A DNA stretch of 64,000 nt from Mobula hypostoma (lineage: Eukaryota): positions 36,520,001 to 36,584,000 of the forward strand of contig NC_086097.1 of NCBI RefSeq assembly GCF_963921235.1, written 5' to 3'. This document shows positions 1-40,833 of this stretch, piece by piece. A model generated the notes under the pieces. It made no database searches and was not told the origin of the DNA. It saw nothing but the letters and a program-made list of their open reading frames with translations. The position numbers and the translations under genes are program-made. The first letter of the stretch is position 1. Each line of letters opens with the position of its first letter.

Positions 1-818
1 GGTCTTCTGGTCAGGAAGTCGAGGATCCAATTGCAGACAGAGGTACAGAAGCCCAGGTTCTGCAACTTCTCAATCAGGATTGTGGGAATGATGGTACTAA
101 ATGCTGAGCTATAGTTGATGAGACCTGGCTGGTGGCGTAGTGGCATCAGTACCGGACTTCAGGACGAAAGGTCCCAAGTTCGAATCCAGCTGGCTCCCCT
201 GCATACTTTCCATCCGTGCTGGGTTATGAGCTGGTGATCTCATCCAGCAGAAGGCAATGGAAAACCACTGTTGTAACTTGCCTCGTACACTGTTCCCCAC
301 TATGTTAGAGAGGCGTGGAGGGAAATCATCCGCTAACTGGAGAAACACCGGATGCAACGTACATATAGTCGATGAACAGCATCCTGGCGTAAGTGTTGGT
401 ATTGTCTAGGTGGTCTAAAGCCATTTGGAACCCGATTGAGATTACATCTGCCATTGACCTATTGTGGCGATGGGCAAATTGCAATGGGTCCGGGTCCTTG
501 CTGAGACAGGAGTTCAGTCTAGTCATAACCAACCTCTCAAAGCATTTCATCACTGTTGATGCAAGTGCTACCGGGCAATATTTATTAAGGCGGCCCACAT
601 TATTCTTCTTCGGCGCTGGTATAATGTTGTCTTTTTGAAGCAAGTGGGAACTTCTGTCCATAGCAGTGAGAGGTTGAAAATGTCCTTGAACTCTCACGCT
701 AATTGGTTGGCACAGGTTTTCAGAGCCTTACCAGGTACTCCATCAGGACCTTCTGCCTTACGAGGGTTCACTCTCTTTAAAGTCAGTTTAACATCGGCCT
801 CTGAGACAGAGGTCACAT
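1..818 (-). mobile_element. Rex1/Babar-type LINE RT fragment, interrupted by a SINE
   Basis: ORF 326-697 reads YCPVALASTVMKCFERLV...DPLQFAHRHNRS...TYARMLFIDY and continues as YSSAF beyond the insertion. Confidence 0.85.
122..363 (+). mobile_element. tRNA-derived SINE with RTE-type tail
   Basis: Box A TGGCGTAGTGG, box B GTTCGAATCC, tail motif GAAGGCAATGGAAAACCACT. 12-bp TSD TATAGTYGATGA at 110-121 and 364-375. Confidence 0.85.
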
Positions 819-820
819 AG

Positions 821-1335
821 CATTTTAGTGTGACTGGGAAGCAACAGGCAAACTTGCTTTGAACTTGGTCGGGTTTCCTTTACATTCTCAATCTGCCTAT
901 TCAAGTCTACCCAATAAGTAATTGACAGAGAAGGAGAGAATAATCAACCAAAAGACCTGACTACTATCCACAGTCACCCTTTACTCTTGCCCACACTAAG
1001 CCACAATATGTGGATCCAGGATAAGCCTCTACATCCACCTGAGGAACCACCGATAGACAACCCCTTAGGAGAACATCGTACACGACTCAAATAATCTGAC
1101 TACTACTACTTTGTAATTTTCATAAATTTATAAATTCTCAAAAGATGGACAGATATTGATGATATGCTTGCACTTTAGACTTCTGGACAATAAAATTAAC
1201 ATTTGAGCAATGTAAAATGTGACACACGACAGTTTAGTGTTACTGGGAAGCGACAGGTAACTTGGCTTTGAACTCGGTCGGGTTTCGTTCACATTCTCGG
1301 TTTGCCTGTTCACATTTACCCAACAAGCAATTGAT
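821..1335. repeat. Diverged direct repeat of about 105 bp (821-925 and 1231-1335)
   Basis: Both copies read TTTAGTGT.ACTGGGAAGC.ACAGG...TTTGAACT.GGTCGGGTTTC...ACATTCTC...TACCCAA.AAG.AATTGA. Confidence 0.75.
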
Positions 1336-2429
1336 TCCCGGAGTTACCATTGTATCGACCACGAAAGTGGTAGACAGTCTAATGTTAATGCGATCATTAT
1401 TTAGCTTGCAAAATTCACTTAGAATTTTCAAAGTTGAAAATTCAAAAGCCACATTTAATAGTATTCTTCACACAGTTTTATGAAAATTTGAGTGCTTCTA
1501 ACTCTTGGCTGATCTTGAATTGATTCTGCCTTGCTACCATGCTCAAAGTTTTAGACACCCCAAGGCTGTCCACGCACCTCTTTGTAACCACATCAGAACT
1601 CTGATAGCGATGGAGCTGATAATCTCAAATGAGTCAGCCCTTCCTGTAAGTACAGGTTCATGTTTCAAAATATATCTTGTAGCTAAGGAAAAACATTTCA
1701 TCCTCAATATTTTTTCTTGGTTGACTTTATACAGTGAAATAACAGCAGTGTTATAGAGAATAAAGTATGGCCACAAACTTAAGTTCTTCTTCCTATCCTA
1801 AATTTGTCTCATGGTATAAAAGGAATACTATGAATTGATAATCAACAAAATGTAACCAAATAATCACAAAATTTTTAGAAAAGTTTTTAACAGGGTAAAG
1901 GCAGAACTGGCGTCGAATACCCACCTGTAACCGTCCTTGTGGAACTGGTCATGGACTCCCTTGAACCGTTGCAATCATTTTAATGCATAAAGTTGGAGGA
2001 TTTTGAGCCAGTGAAAAATAAGAAATACCTTTACCATGTCAGGCTTGACTTAGAGTGGAACATGTTGGTGATGTTCCCATGTGATGCTGCCCTCTTCATT
2101 CTAGATAGCAGAGATCAGGTCTTGGAATCAATAGAAATAAAAGTCCTATTGTAAGGAAGGAGAACCAACAATATGCCAAGAGGAAGCCTCCTAATTTGCT
2201 CATATTTAATATGTAATCTGTCTGTTTGAAAGCAGAAATTTGTATTTATAAAATATTGAACACTTTGAATGAACATATACAATATACAATTGATCTGGCA
2301 TCAACAATGCAGACAGTGCAGAGTAAATACAGGCAGGGATCCGTCTTCATACCTGCCCCTTGCAGATGTTTACAAAGCTCCCTTCACAGTGATGCTTTTC
2401 CAGAAGTCCAATAGGGATAGGATAAAGCA

Positions 2430-3110
2430 GAACACTAACAATGATGATGGACAGAGGAACCTTTGGCTTCATGTCCATATTGACACAAGGCAGACTGAGG
2501 AGAAGGCATATGGCATGCTCACCTTCAAAGGTCAGGGCATAGAATATACAGTTGGGTTGTCATGTTATGATTTTATAAGACTCTAGTTGGACCACACTTG
2601 GAGTACTGAGTGCAGTTCTGGTCATCACAGCTTAGGAAGGATGTGGTTGTATTGGAGAGCATGCAGAGAATTCCCTAGGATGTTGCCTGGATTGGTGGAC
2701 CAGTTATGAGGAGGGATTGGCTAGGCAGTGTTTGTTTTCCCTGGAGTGAAGGACGCTAAGGGGGTGATCGGACAGAGAGAGATAAAATTATAAGAAGCAA
2801 AGAAAGAGTAGTCAGAAACTTTTTCCAGTAGATAGGGTATAAAACACAAGAGAGCTTAGCCTTAAGGTGAGAAATAAGGTTTTTAAAGGAAAGGGGGAAA
2901 GTTTTTTTTCACAGAGTGGTTGATATTTAGAACACACTACTCCAGGTGATGGTGGAAATAGATTCACAGTAGTCACTACGTCACAGGCAAGTTCTTAAAT
3001 TGGAACATGTTCGAAGGGTATCGACCTACTGGAGGTAAATAGGATAGAAAATTGGCATGGATGGTGGACTAAGTGCCCATTTAAGTGCTGTACAGCCCTA
3101 TGACCCTAAG
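2430..3110 (+). mobile_element. Decayed CR1 LINE 3' fragment
   Basis: Visibly similar to the 3' end of the CR1 at 12900-13612 (GGAGTACTG...GCAGTTCTGGTC, GGATGTTGCCTGG). Confidence 0.8.
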
Positions 3111-3184
3111 ACAATGAGATACAGTGTTTCATGCCATGACATTTCAGAATCTCAATATCTGATTATATGCTTGGCATGGTGCCA

Positions 3185-3510
3185 TGGCACAGCTGGTGGG
3201 ACCATTGCCTCAACGTGCCAGATACCTGGGTTCAACCGTGACCTCAGGTGCTGTCCCTGTGGAGTTTGCACATTCTTCCTGAAAGAAACCGTGTGGGTTT
3301 TCTCCAGGTGTTCCTCCTGAAAGATGAGCAAGTTCATAGGTTAATTGGTCACTGTAAATTGCCCCTAGAATATAAATAAGCAGTAAAATCTATGGGGAGT
3401 TGAGAAGTTTATGAGGAAATTTTAAAAAATAATTGAATTAATGTAGGATTCGTGAAATTTGTGGTTGATGTGGACTTGGTTGGCTAAAAGGTCTGTTTAC
3501 ACTCTCTCTC
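3185..3510 (+). mobile_element. tRNA-derived V-domain SINE
   Basis: Box B-like GGGTTCAA, core GTGGAGTTTGCACATTCT...GTGTGGGTTTTCTCC, then GGTTAATTGGTCACTGTAAATTGCCCCTAG. Confidence 0.75.
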
Positions 3511-3581
3511 CTGAGTGGTAGAACTGCAAGAACTGGTGCAGTTTAAACCTTTTAAATACAAAATATGCATTCTTTTTAATA

Positions 3582-3587
3582 TTTATT
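3582..3587 (-). promoter_or_regulatory. Candidate polyadenylation signal of the PKC gene
   Basis: AATAAA on the minus strand about 640 nt after the stop, followed by T/GT-rich sequence. No transcript evidence. Confidence 0.35.
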
Positions 3588-4227
3588 TGCCAACAGCTAT
3601 AACTTATATACACAGAACAGTTCATACTTTTCATTCCACAACTAAAATCCTCCACAGTTTATCAAAGTGATGTCTACTTCAAGCTGAACACAATGTAAAA
3701 CAGTCTGCAAGATATGCCTCCCACCCACCCTTGACCCAATGAATGAACGTGGCAATCTCAAAAGACATCCTTCTATATAAAGAAAGAAGGGATTTCTACT
3801 GAAAAGACTCAAATATAGTTTATGGAAGTGTAGAACTGTTTACTATTAGCAAATCTCGGTTTCTGTTGATAGATACACAGCTAATTAAATACCTAAACAG
3901 CTAAGTGCAAATGAAGGATGCATAATTTAATGGTCCATTGTAACAATACTTATTCATAATTGATTGCTTCATGACGGCCTAACTTCTGATATTCAAAAGA
4001 CTGGTTGGTAGAAAGATAATGGACAGTGATTCAAAGCCACTCAGTTTCACAAAGTTGCACAAACAAAAAAATCAATATAAACAGCATGCCAGTTCTCGCT
4101 TCAGTAACGGTAACGATATTGTCTGTATAAACTTTCTGCCCAACCACTCCACTTGCTTGAGGTGGGCTCTGCGATGCTGGTACTTGTGAGCTTTCCGGAA
4201 ATGTTCCCGTGCTGATGAATTTGTACT

Positions 4228-32797
<28,570 letters not shown>

Positions 32798-33378
32798 TCA
32801 ATCATCACAGTTAAACTGATTCCCTGAACCATCAATTTTATTGCACACTGGATGGCAAGTGAAAATGGGTAAAGCTGAACCATTGTGGCAATGAAAAGCA
32901 TCGAAAGGCTCAGTAAGTAGTTGGCACTACTCAGACCACTTCATCGAGTACCTTAGCTCCACCTGCAACAAAAGCTGGGATTTCAATTCAATTATTCGAC
33001 ATCCCGTTCCCATTTCAACGAGTCGGTCCATGGTTTCTCCTACAGTCACAATGAGGCCACTCTCAGGTTGGAGGAGCAACACCTCATATTCGGTCAGGTC
33101 AGCCTTCAACCTCATGGCACGAACATCGATTTTTCTAACTCCCAGTAATTTATCCCCATCTCTCTTCTCTCATTTTCCATCCCCTATTCTGCCCCTCTTA
33201 TCTCTTCTCTTATATCTGTCAATCACCTCCCTCTGGTTCCCCTCCTCCTTCCCATTCTCCCATGGTCCACTGTGTTCTACTATCAGATTCCTTCTTCTTC
33301 AGCTTGTTACCTCTTCCACCTATCACCTCCTAGCTTCATACTTCATCCACCTTCCCTCACCCAATCTACCTATCATTT

Positions 33379-35468
33379 ACCCCTCGATCGTGACCCCACT
33401 AAGGAGCACCAGGCCATTGTCTCCCACACCATCACCGACTTTATTCACTTAGGGGATCTCCCATCCACTGCTACCAACCTTATAGTTCCCACACCCCGCA
33501 CTTCCCGTTTCTACCTCCTACCCAAGATCCACAAACCTGCCTGTCCTGGCCAACCTATTGTCTCAGCCTGCTCCTGCCCCACCGAACTCATTTCTGCATA
33601 CCTCGACACTGTTTTATCACCCCTTGTTCAATCCCTTCCGACCTATGTTCGTGACACTTCTCACGCTCTTAAACTTTTCGATGATTTTAAGTTCCCTGGC
33701 CCCCACCGCTTTATTTTCACTATGGATGTCCAGTCCTTATATACTTCCATCCCCCATCAGGAAGGTCTCAAAGCTCTACGCTTCTTTTGGGATTCCAGAC
33801 CTAATCAGTTCCCCTCTACCACCTCTCTGCTCCGTCTAGCAGAATTAGTCCTTAGTCTTAATAATTTCTCCTTTGGCTCCTCCCATTTCCTCCAAACTAA
33901 AGGTGTAGCTATGGGCACCCGTATGGGTCCCAGCTATGCCTGCCTTTTTGTTGGGTTTGTGGAACAATCTATGTTCCGTGCCTATTCTGGTATCTGTCCC
34001 CCACTTTTCCTTCGCTACATCGACGACTGCATTGGCACTGCTTCCTGCACGCATGCAGAACTCGTTGACTTTATTAACTTTGCCTCCAACTTTCACCCTG
34101 CCCTCAAGTTTACCTGGTCCATTTCCGACACCTCCCTCCCCTTTCTAGATCTTTCTGTCTCTGTCTCTGGAGACAGCTTATCCACTGATGTCTACTATAA
34201 GCCTACTGACTCTCACAGCTATCTGGACTATTCCTCTTCTCACCCTGTCTCTTGCAAAAACGCCATCCCCTTCTCGCAATTCCTCCGTCTCCGCCGCATC
34301 TGCTCTCAGGATGAGGCTTTTCATTCTAGGATGAGGGAGATGTCTTCCTTTTTTAAAGAAAGGGGCTTCCCTTCCTCCACTATCAACTCTGCTCTTAAAC
34401 GTATCTCCCCCATTTCATGTACATCTGCTCTCACTCCATCCTCCCACCACCCCACTAGGAATAGGGTTCCCCTGGTCCTCACCTACCACCCCACCAGCCT
34501 CCGGGTCCAACATATTATTCTCCGTAACTTCCGCCACCTCCAACGGGATCCCACCACTAAGTACATCTTTCCCTCCCCCCCCTGCATTCCGCAGGGATCG
34601 CTCCCTACACAACTCCCTTGTCCATTCGTCCCCCCATCCCTCCCCACTGATCTCCATCCTGGCACTTATCCGTGTAAGCGAACAAGTGCTACACATGCCC
34701 TTACACTTCCTCCCTTACCACCATTCAGGGCCCCAAACAGTCCTTCCAGGTGAGGCATCACTTCACCTGTGAGTCGACTGGGGTGATATACTGCGTCCGG
34801 TGCTCCCGATGTGGCCTTTTATATATTGGTGAGACCCGACACAGACTGGGAGACCGCTTTGCTGAACATCTACGCTCTGTCCGCCAGAGAAAGCAGGATC
34901 TCCCAGTGGCCACACATTTTAATTCCACATCCCATTCCCATTCTGACATGTCTGTCCACGGCCTCCTCTACTGTGGAGATGAAGCCACACTCAGGTTGGA
35001 GGAACAACACCTTATATTCCGTCTGGGTAGCCTCCAACCTGATGGCATGAACATCGACTTCTCTAACTTCCGCTAAGGCCCCACCTCCCCCTCGTACCCC
35101 ATCTGTTACTCATTTTTATGCACACATTCTTTCTCTCACTCTCCTTTTTCTCCCTCGTCCCTCTGAATATACCTCTTGCCCATCCTCTGGGTCACCCCCC
35201 CCTTTGTCTTTCTCCCCGGACCTCCTGTCCCATGATCCTCTCGTATCCCCTTTTGCCTATCACCTGTCCAGCTCTCGGCTCTATCCCTCCCCCTCCTGTC
35301 TTCTCCTATCATTTTGGATCTCCCCCTCCCCCTCCAACTTTCAAATCCCTTACTCACTCTTCCTTCAGTTCGTCCTGACGAAGGGTCTCGGCCTGAAACG
35401 TCGACTGCACCTCTTCCTATAGATGCTGCTTGGCCTGCTGCGTTCACCAGCAACTTTGATGTATGTTG
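33379..35468 (+). mobile_element. Young 5'-truncated Penelope-like element (RT plus GIY-YIG endonuclease)
   Basis: LLPKIHK, TMDVQSLYTSIPH, QTKGVAMGTRMGPSYA, LRYIDD, then VIYCVRCSRCGLLYIGET after frameshifts. Perfect 13-bp TSD CTACCTATCATTT (33366-33378, 35469-35481). Confidence 0.95.
35366..35407 (+). ncRNA. Minimal type I hammerhead ribozyme motif in the Penelope tail
   Basis: GTC-CTGACGA-AGG(GTCTCGG)CCT-GAAA-CGTC-GAC: intact CUGANGA/GAAA core, stem II, GUC cleavage triplet and stem I GTC/GAC. Confidence 0.7.
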
Positions 35469-37119
35469 CTACCTATCATTTGTCAGTTTGTACTCCAACC
35501 TCCTCCTTCCCCGATTCCCCTCCCCCCCCCACCTTCTTACTCTGGCTTCTTCCTCCTTCCTTTCCAGTCCCAGTGAAGGGTCTCAGCCTGTAACCTCGGC
35601 TTTTCATTTTTCTCCTAGATGCTACCTGACCTGTTGAGTTCCTCCAGCATTTTCTCTGTATTGCACTGTTAAGTGTTCTATAATAATTTCAGTATTCACA
35701 AGTTCAAAGAGTGAAATAAAGGGATAATGTTTCATCTCCTGACTAGTGAGTTCAACACCGATAACCACATGGGTGTATTAATTAAATATTAAACCCTCCA
35801 AAGGCAAGTGCCATCCAATAAATGCTGGAAACACTCAGCGGATCAGGCAGTATTTGTTGAAATAGAAATATAGCTAATGCTTCAGATCCAAGACCCTCCA
35901 GAAGAACTGATCAATCTTCACAGAGACTGCCTAACTTGCTGAGAACATTTTCTGTTTTTTAACCTAAAATTTCTAGCCTGCTCTTTTGATTTTCAACCAT
36001 CCAATAATTCATTTTCAGGGTGGTGTATGAAGAATAACAACTCCAGCAATCTTCTAAAAGGCATCTGCTGCCTACAGAGGGAAACCAAAGCTCAATGGTG
36101 AGGAATTTCAGTAAAATCCACAACCTCATCCATCCACATCTATGAAGAGGAGCATGGGCCAAAGGATATTGGTGATGTGATCATCTTTATAAAAGGAGGG
36201 AAGTCTGACCATGGTATCTGCAATAGGGAAAGCCATGTTGGAGTTCTCCTCCATCGACTCCTCCCAGTGGTTGAAGAGCACAACACCATGAGCAAAATGG
36301 AATAGAACCAACCACTTGTTTGAACTCCATCAACAAGGAGGGATTATAGAACACCACCTATCTGGCTGCCACTCGGAAATCTGTCTCCATTTTACTTCTG
36401 CTTTAGGCCTGCTGCTAACCACAAAGGGGCACAATAGATCCAATCTCAGTGCAGACACCCTGCGTCACTGTCCGACAACTATGATCTTTCTCACTCTACC
36501 TCCCCTCAATGAAGCTTCTCACAGGAGTGGAACTAATCTACAGAGCTGATGGGAAACATTATAACTTTAAATCCATGCCAAACACAAGGTGCCCCAAGCC
36601 TTAGTGGTTCAGTTGCAGTACACAGACAACGCTTGTGCTCGCATGCATTTGGGAAGCTGAGCTCCAAAGTCATCTTGTTCACTGAGATGGGCAAGGATAT
36701 TGAGTCAGGTTTTCATTTCCTGATTAGTGGGTGTAACACTGATAACCAAATGGGCATATGCATTTAATTTACAAGATGACATGTCTTATGCTCAACAAAC
36801 TCAAGGTCTCTTACCTACCTGTCCTCCAACAATAAAGTTCCACAACGAGACCTCAGGTAAAGTGGAACACTTCTCATTCCCTCTTGTAGGCAACCAAGAC
36901 ATGGAGAACTACTACTTGGAGAATCCTCCAATTCCAATGTCCCTCCCCAGGCTAATATGTCCAGTTCTAAATAACACTGTCTTGGCTACATTGTTTACAC
37001 TGTTCACAGGCTTAGCACCAGACTCCCAAAACAGTATTCTCTGAGCTCTGTCACAGGAAGACGATACAAGTTGGACAAAGGAAACGATTCAAGGATGTTT
37101 TAAGAACGTGAGGTGGAAT

Positions 37120-37370
37120 GGCAACATCGTGCTTAGCATAATGTTATTACAGTGACAGCTGTAAGATCAGGTTTCAATTCCCAGTGCTATCTCTAAGGAG
37201 TTTGTACGTTCTCCCTGTGACTGCAAGGGGTTTCCTCCGGGTACTCTAGTTCCCACCCCAAATTCCAAAGACGTATGGTTAGGGTTAGTGCGTCTATGGG
37301 CATGGTGTATTGGCACCGAAAGTGTGGTGACACTTCGCAATAGACATATGACAAATGAAGCTAATCTTTA
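37120..37370 (+). mobile_element. V-domain SINE
   Basis: TAAGGAGTTTGTACGTTCTCCCTGTGACTGC...GGGTTTCCTCCGGGTACTC. Confidence 0.72.
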
Positions 37371-39203
37371 AATCCTTAAAAAAAAAGGATCTTTTATCTT
37401 TAAAACCCTTATGAATAGATGCAGTATTCCTACTGACTCCTGGAATCACTGGACCACGACTCAAAGTGGGGGAGGAGCATTCATGGTGGAACTGAAAGCC
37501 ACAACGTCCAGCTGTTGGGAACATACAGGACACTGGTGTATGTACACACCTGCTGAGCCCATTCAATACCCCCTGTCCTATATGTGACCAGGCTTGCAGG
37601 GACTACATTTTCCTCAACAGACCCCACAAAAAGCTGATAGGAAGCATGTTACCCTCTGTCATGAGTGACTGCCCAAGAAGAATATGAAGATTTTAAGTGC
37701 TGATACCTTCAGAGAGTGCTAAGTAAGATTACTTTAGTCTTGTGCACACCAGTCTCCAAATAGGAGCATATCAAAGTGAAAATCTCAACAATCTTCCAAC
37801 AGTCTTTACGCAGGTAAAGGTCCCGCAGGTGAGATCTGTTTAGAATAGAATGTAATGTATTCTTGTTGGGGATCTGTGGCTATGGGAAAGGGCAGACGTA
37901 GGAGTAGTCACCCTATTTCACTATTTTTGGTCTGTTTGCACTGTGCTGCACTCCACTACACCCCCCAAGCATCACTCTGGATACTGCTGGGAGAGGAGGT
38001 CGGGGGACCTAGCAGAGGAGCTCTGCAGCACTTCTCTGGATACTGCTGGGAGAGGAGGTCGGGGGACCTAGCAGAGGAGCTCCATAGCACTTACGTTTTC
38101 GGTATTGAGTCTGGTTCTTTGGCACAGAAGGGAAAGGAGGAGAAGGGGCAGGCTGTAATGATAGGAGACTTATTGGTTAGGGGAACAGAAAGGAGGCTCA
38201 GTGAACGTGAGTGAGATTCCCAAATAGCATGTTGTCTCCAGGGTGCCAGGTTCGGGGAAATCTTGGGATTGAGTCCTCAACCTTCCTAAGTCGGAGGGTG
38301 AGCAGACAGATGTCGTGGTCGAATAACATGGGTAGGAGGGATGACGAGGTCCTGCAGAGTGAGCTCAGGTAGTTAGGTGCTAACTTAAAGGACAGGACCT
38401 GTGATCTCAGGAATGCTACCTGTGCCACGTGCTAGCGAAGCCAGAAATTGGAAGACCATACAGACCATACATGTGGCTAAGGAGATGGTGCAGGAAGGGG
38501 TGGGCGGCTTCAGATTTTTGGATCGTGGGCTCTCTTCCAGGGGACATAGGACCTGCACAGAAGGGACAGTTTGCACCTGAACTGGATGGGGAATAATACC
38601 TTGGTGGGTAGATTTGTTAGTGCTGCACAGGGGTGCGGGGAGGTGGGGAGGGGATTGAACTGGAGTTGCATGAGGATGGGAAGCAGAACGCCAGGACAGA
38701 CAGTGGAGTAGTTGTAGAGAAAGACGTTAAGCCTACATACAAGGTCAGGAATCAAAGGGTTTGAGCACGGTGGGACTAATGTCTGAGCTACGCATACTTC
38801 AATGCAAGGAGTATTGCAGGAAAGGTAGGTGAGCTCAGGGAATTATGACATGGTAGCCATTAATGAGACTTGATTTCAGGGGAGGCAGGAGAGGCAGCTC
38901 AGTGTTCCAGGATTCCATTGTTTTACATGTGATACAGCAGGAGAAATTATAGGGGGAGGGGTGGCATTACTAGTCAGGAAAAATGTCATGGCAATACTCA
39001 GTCAGAACAGTCTGAAGAACTCTTCTACTGAGGCTTTATAGGTGGAACTGAGAAATAAGAAAGGTAAGACCACGTTATCAGGGCTATATTACAGACTACC
39101 TAACAGTTCAGGAAATTTAGAGGAGCAAATTTGAAGAGAGATCGCAGACTGTTGCAAGAAATGTAAGGTTGTTATAGTAAGTGCTTTTAACTTCCCACAT
39201 GTT

Positions 39204-39858
39204 ATAGGGTGGTGAAGAAAGCTTTTGGTATGCTGGCCTTTATAAATCAGAGCATTGAGTATAGGAGTTGGGATGTAATGTTGAAATTGTATAAGGCATT
39301 GGTAAGGACAAATTTGGAGTATTGTGTACAGTTCTGGTCACCGACTTATAGGAAAGATGTCAATAAAATTGAGAGAGTACAGAGGAGATTTACTAAAATG
39401 TTGCCTGGGTTTCATCTCCTAAGTTACAGAGAAAGGTTGAACAAGTTAGGTCTTTATTCTTTGGAGCGTAGAAGGTTGAGGGGGGACTTGATAGAGGTAT
39501 TTAAAATTATGAGAGTGATTGATAGAGTTGACATGGATAGGCTTTTTCCATTGAGAGTTGGGGAGATTCAAACAAAAGGACATGAGTTGAGAGTTAAAGG
39601 GCAAAAAGTTTAGGAGTAACATGAGGGGGAACTTCTTTACTCAGAGAGTGGTAGCTGTGTGGAATGAGCTTCCAGCAGAAGTGGTTGAGGTAGGTTTAAT
39701 GTTGTCATTTAAAGTTAAATTGGATAGATACATGGACAGGAAAGGAATGGAGGGTTATGGGCTGAGTGCAGGTCGGTGGGACTAGGTGAGAGTAAGAGTT
39801 TGGCATGGACTACAAGGGCCAAGATGGCCTGTTTCCATGCTGAAATTGTTATATGGTT
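39204..39858 (+). mobile_element. Younger CR1 3' fragment nested in the older CR1 APE region
   Basis: Open frame VKKAFGMLAFINQSIEYRSW...RGDLIEVFKIM. TSD ATGTT at 39199-39203 and 39859-39863. Confidence 0.88.
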
Positions 39859-40294
39859 ATGTTGACTGGGATCCCATACTGTAAAAGAGCTGCATGGGAA
39901 AGAGTTTTTCAAATGTGTTCAGGAAAGTTTCCTTAATCAGTACGTAGAAGACCCAACTAGACAAGGTGCAATACTAGATATATTATTAGGGAATGAGACA
40001 GGGCAGGTGACAGAAATTTGTAAAGGGGAGCACTTTGTATCTAGTGATCATAATGCTAAATGGTTTCAAGGTAATTATAGAAAAGAATAGTTCTGGACTT
40101 TGGGTTGAGATTTCAAATTAGAGAAAAGCGAATTTTGATGGTATCAGAAAGGATATGGCAAGTGTAGATTCAGACAGGTTGTTTTCAGGCAAAGGTCTAC
40201 TTGGTAAGTGGGAGGCCTTCAAAACTGAAATTTTGAGAGTACATAGTTGTACATTCCTGTCAGAATAAAAGGCTAGGATAACAACAGGTTATGG

Positions 40295-40833
40295 GCCTCA
40301 TCCGCCAAAAGCAGAACTTCCTGGTGGCCAAACATTTTAATTCCAATTCCCATTCCTGTTCTGACATGTCAGTCCATGGCCTCCTCTTGTACCATGATGA
40401 GGCTACCCTCAGGATAGAGGAGCAAAGCCTTATATTCCACCTGGGTCACCTCCAACCTGATGGCATAAATATCAATTTCTCCTTCCAGTAATAAAAATGT
40501 TTCCCCCCTCCTCTTTTTCTAATCCCCACTCCAGCCTCTTACCTCTTCTCACCTGTTCATCACCTCCCCTGGTGCTCCTCCTCCTTCTGATTTTCCAATG
40601 GTCCACTCTCCTCTCCTATCAGATTCCTTTCTCTCCAAGCTTATAGCTTTCCCACTCAACTGGCTTCACCTATCTTCACCTTCTAGCTATCCTCGCTCCC
40701 CTCCCCCAACATTTTATTCTGGCATCCTTGTTCCCCTCCCTTTCCAGTCCTGAAGGGTCTCAACCTAAAACATGCTCATTTATATGGATGCTGCCTGACC
40801 TGCTGAGTTCCTCCAGCATTTTATGTATGTTGC
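40295..40833 (+). mobile_element. Penelope 3' fragment nested in CR1
   Basis: Translates VAKHFNSNSHSCSDMSVHGLL...LQPDGININFS, followed by a pyrimidine-rich tail and a decayed hammerhead-like motif near 40745. Confidence 0.85.

Larger units (their letters stand above)
32929..35665 (+). mobile_element. Older Penelope 3' fragment (32929-33378 and 35469-35665) hosting a younger Penelope
   Basis: 32929-33140 parallels 34850-35070 (end of GIY-YIG). The pyrimidine-rich tail resumes after the insertion. Confidence 0.8.

Noticed and set aside
122..200. tRNA gene
   Set aside because: It has boxes A and B but continues into a retroposon tail and is flanked by a TSD, so it is a SINE head.
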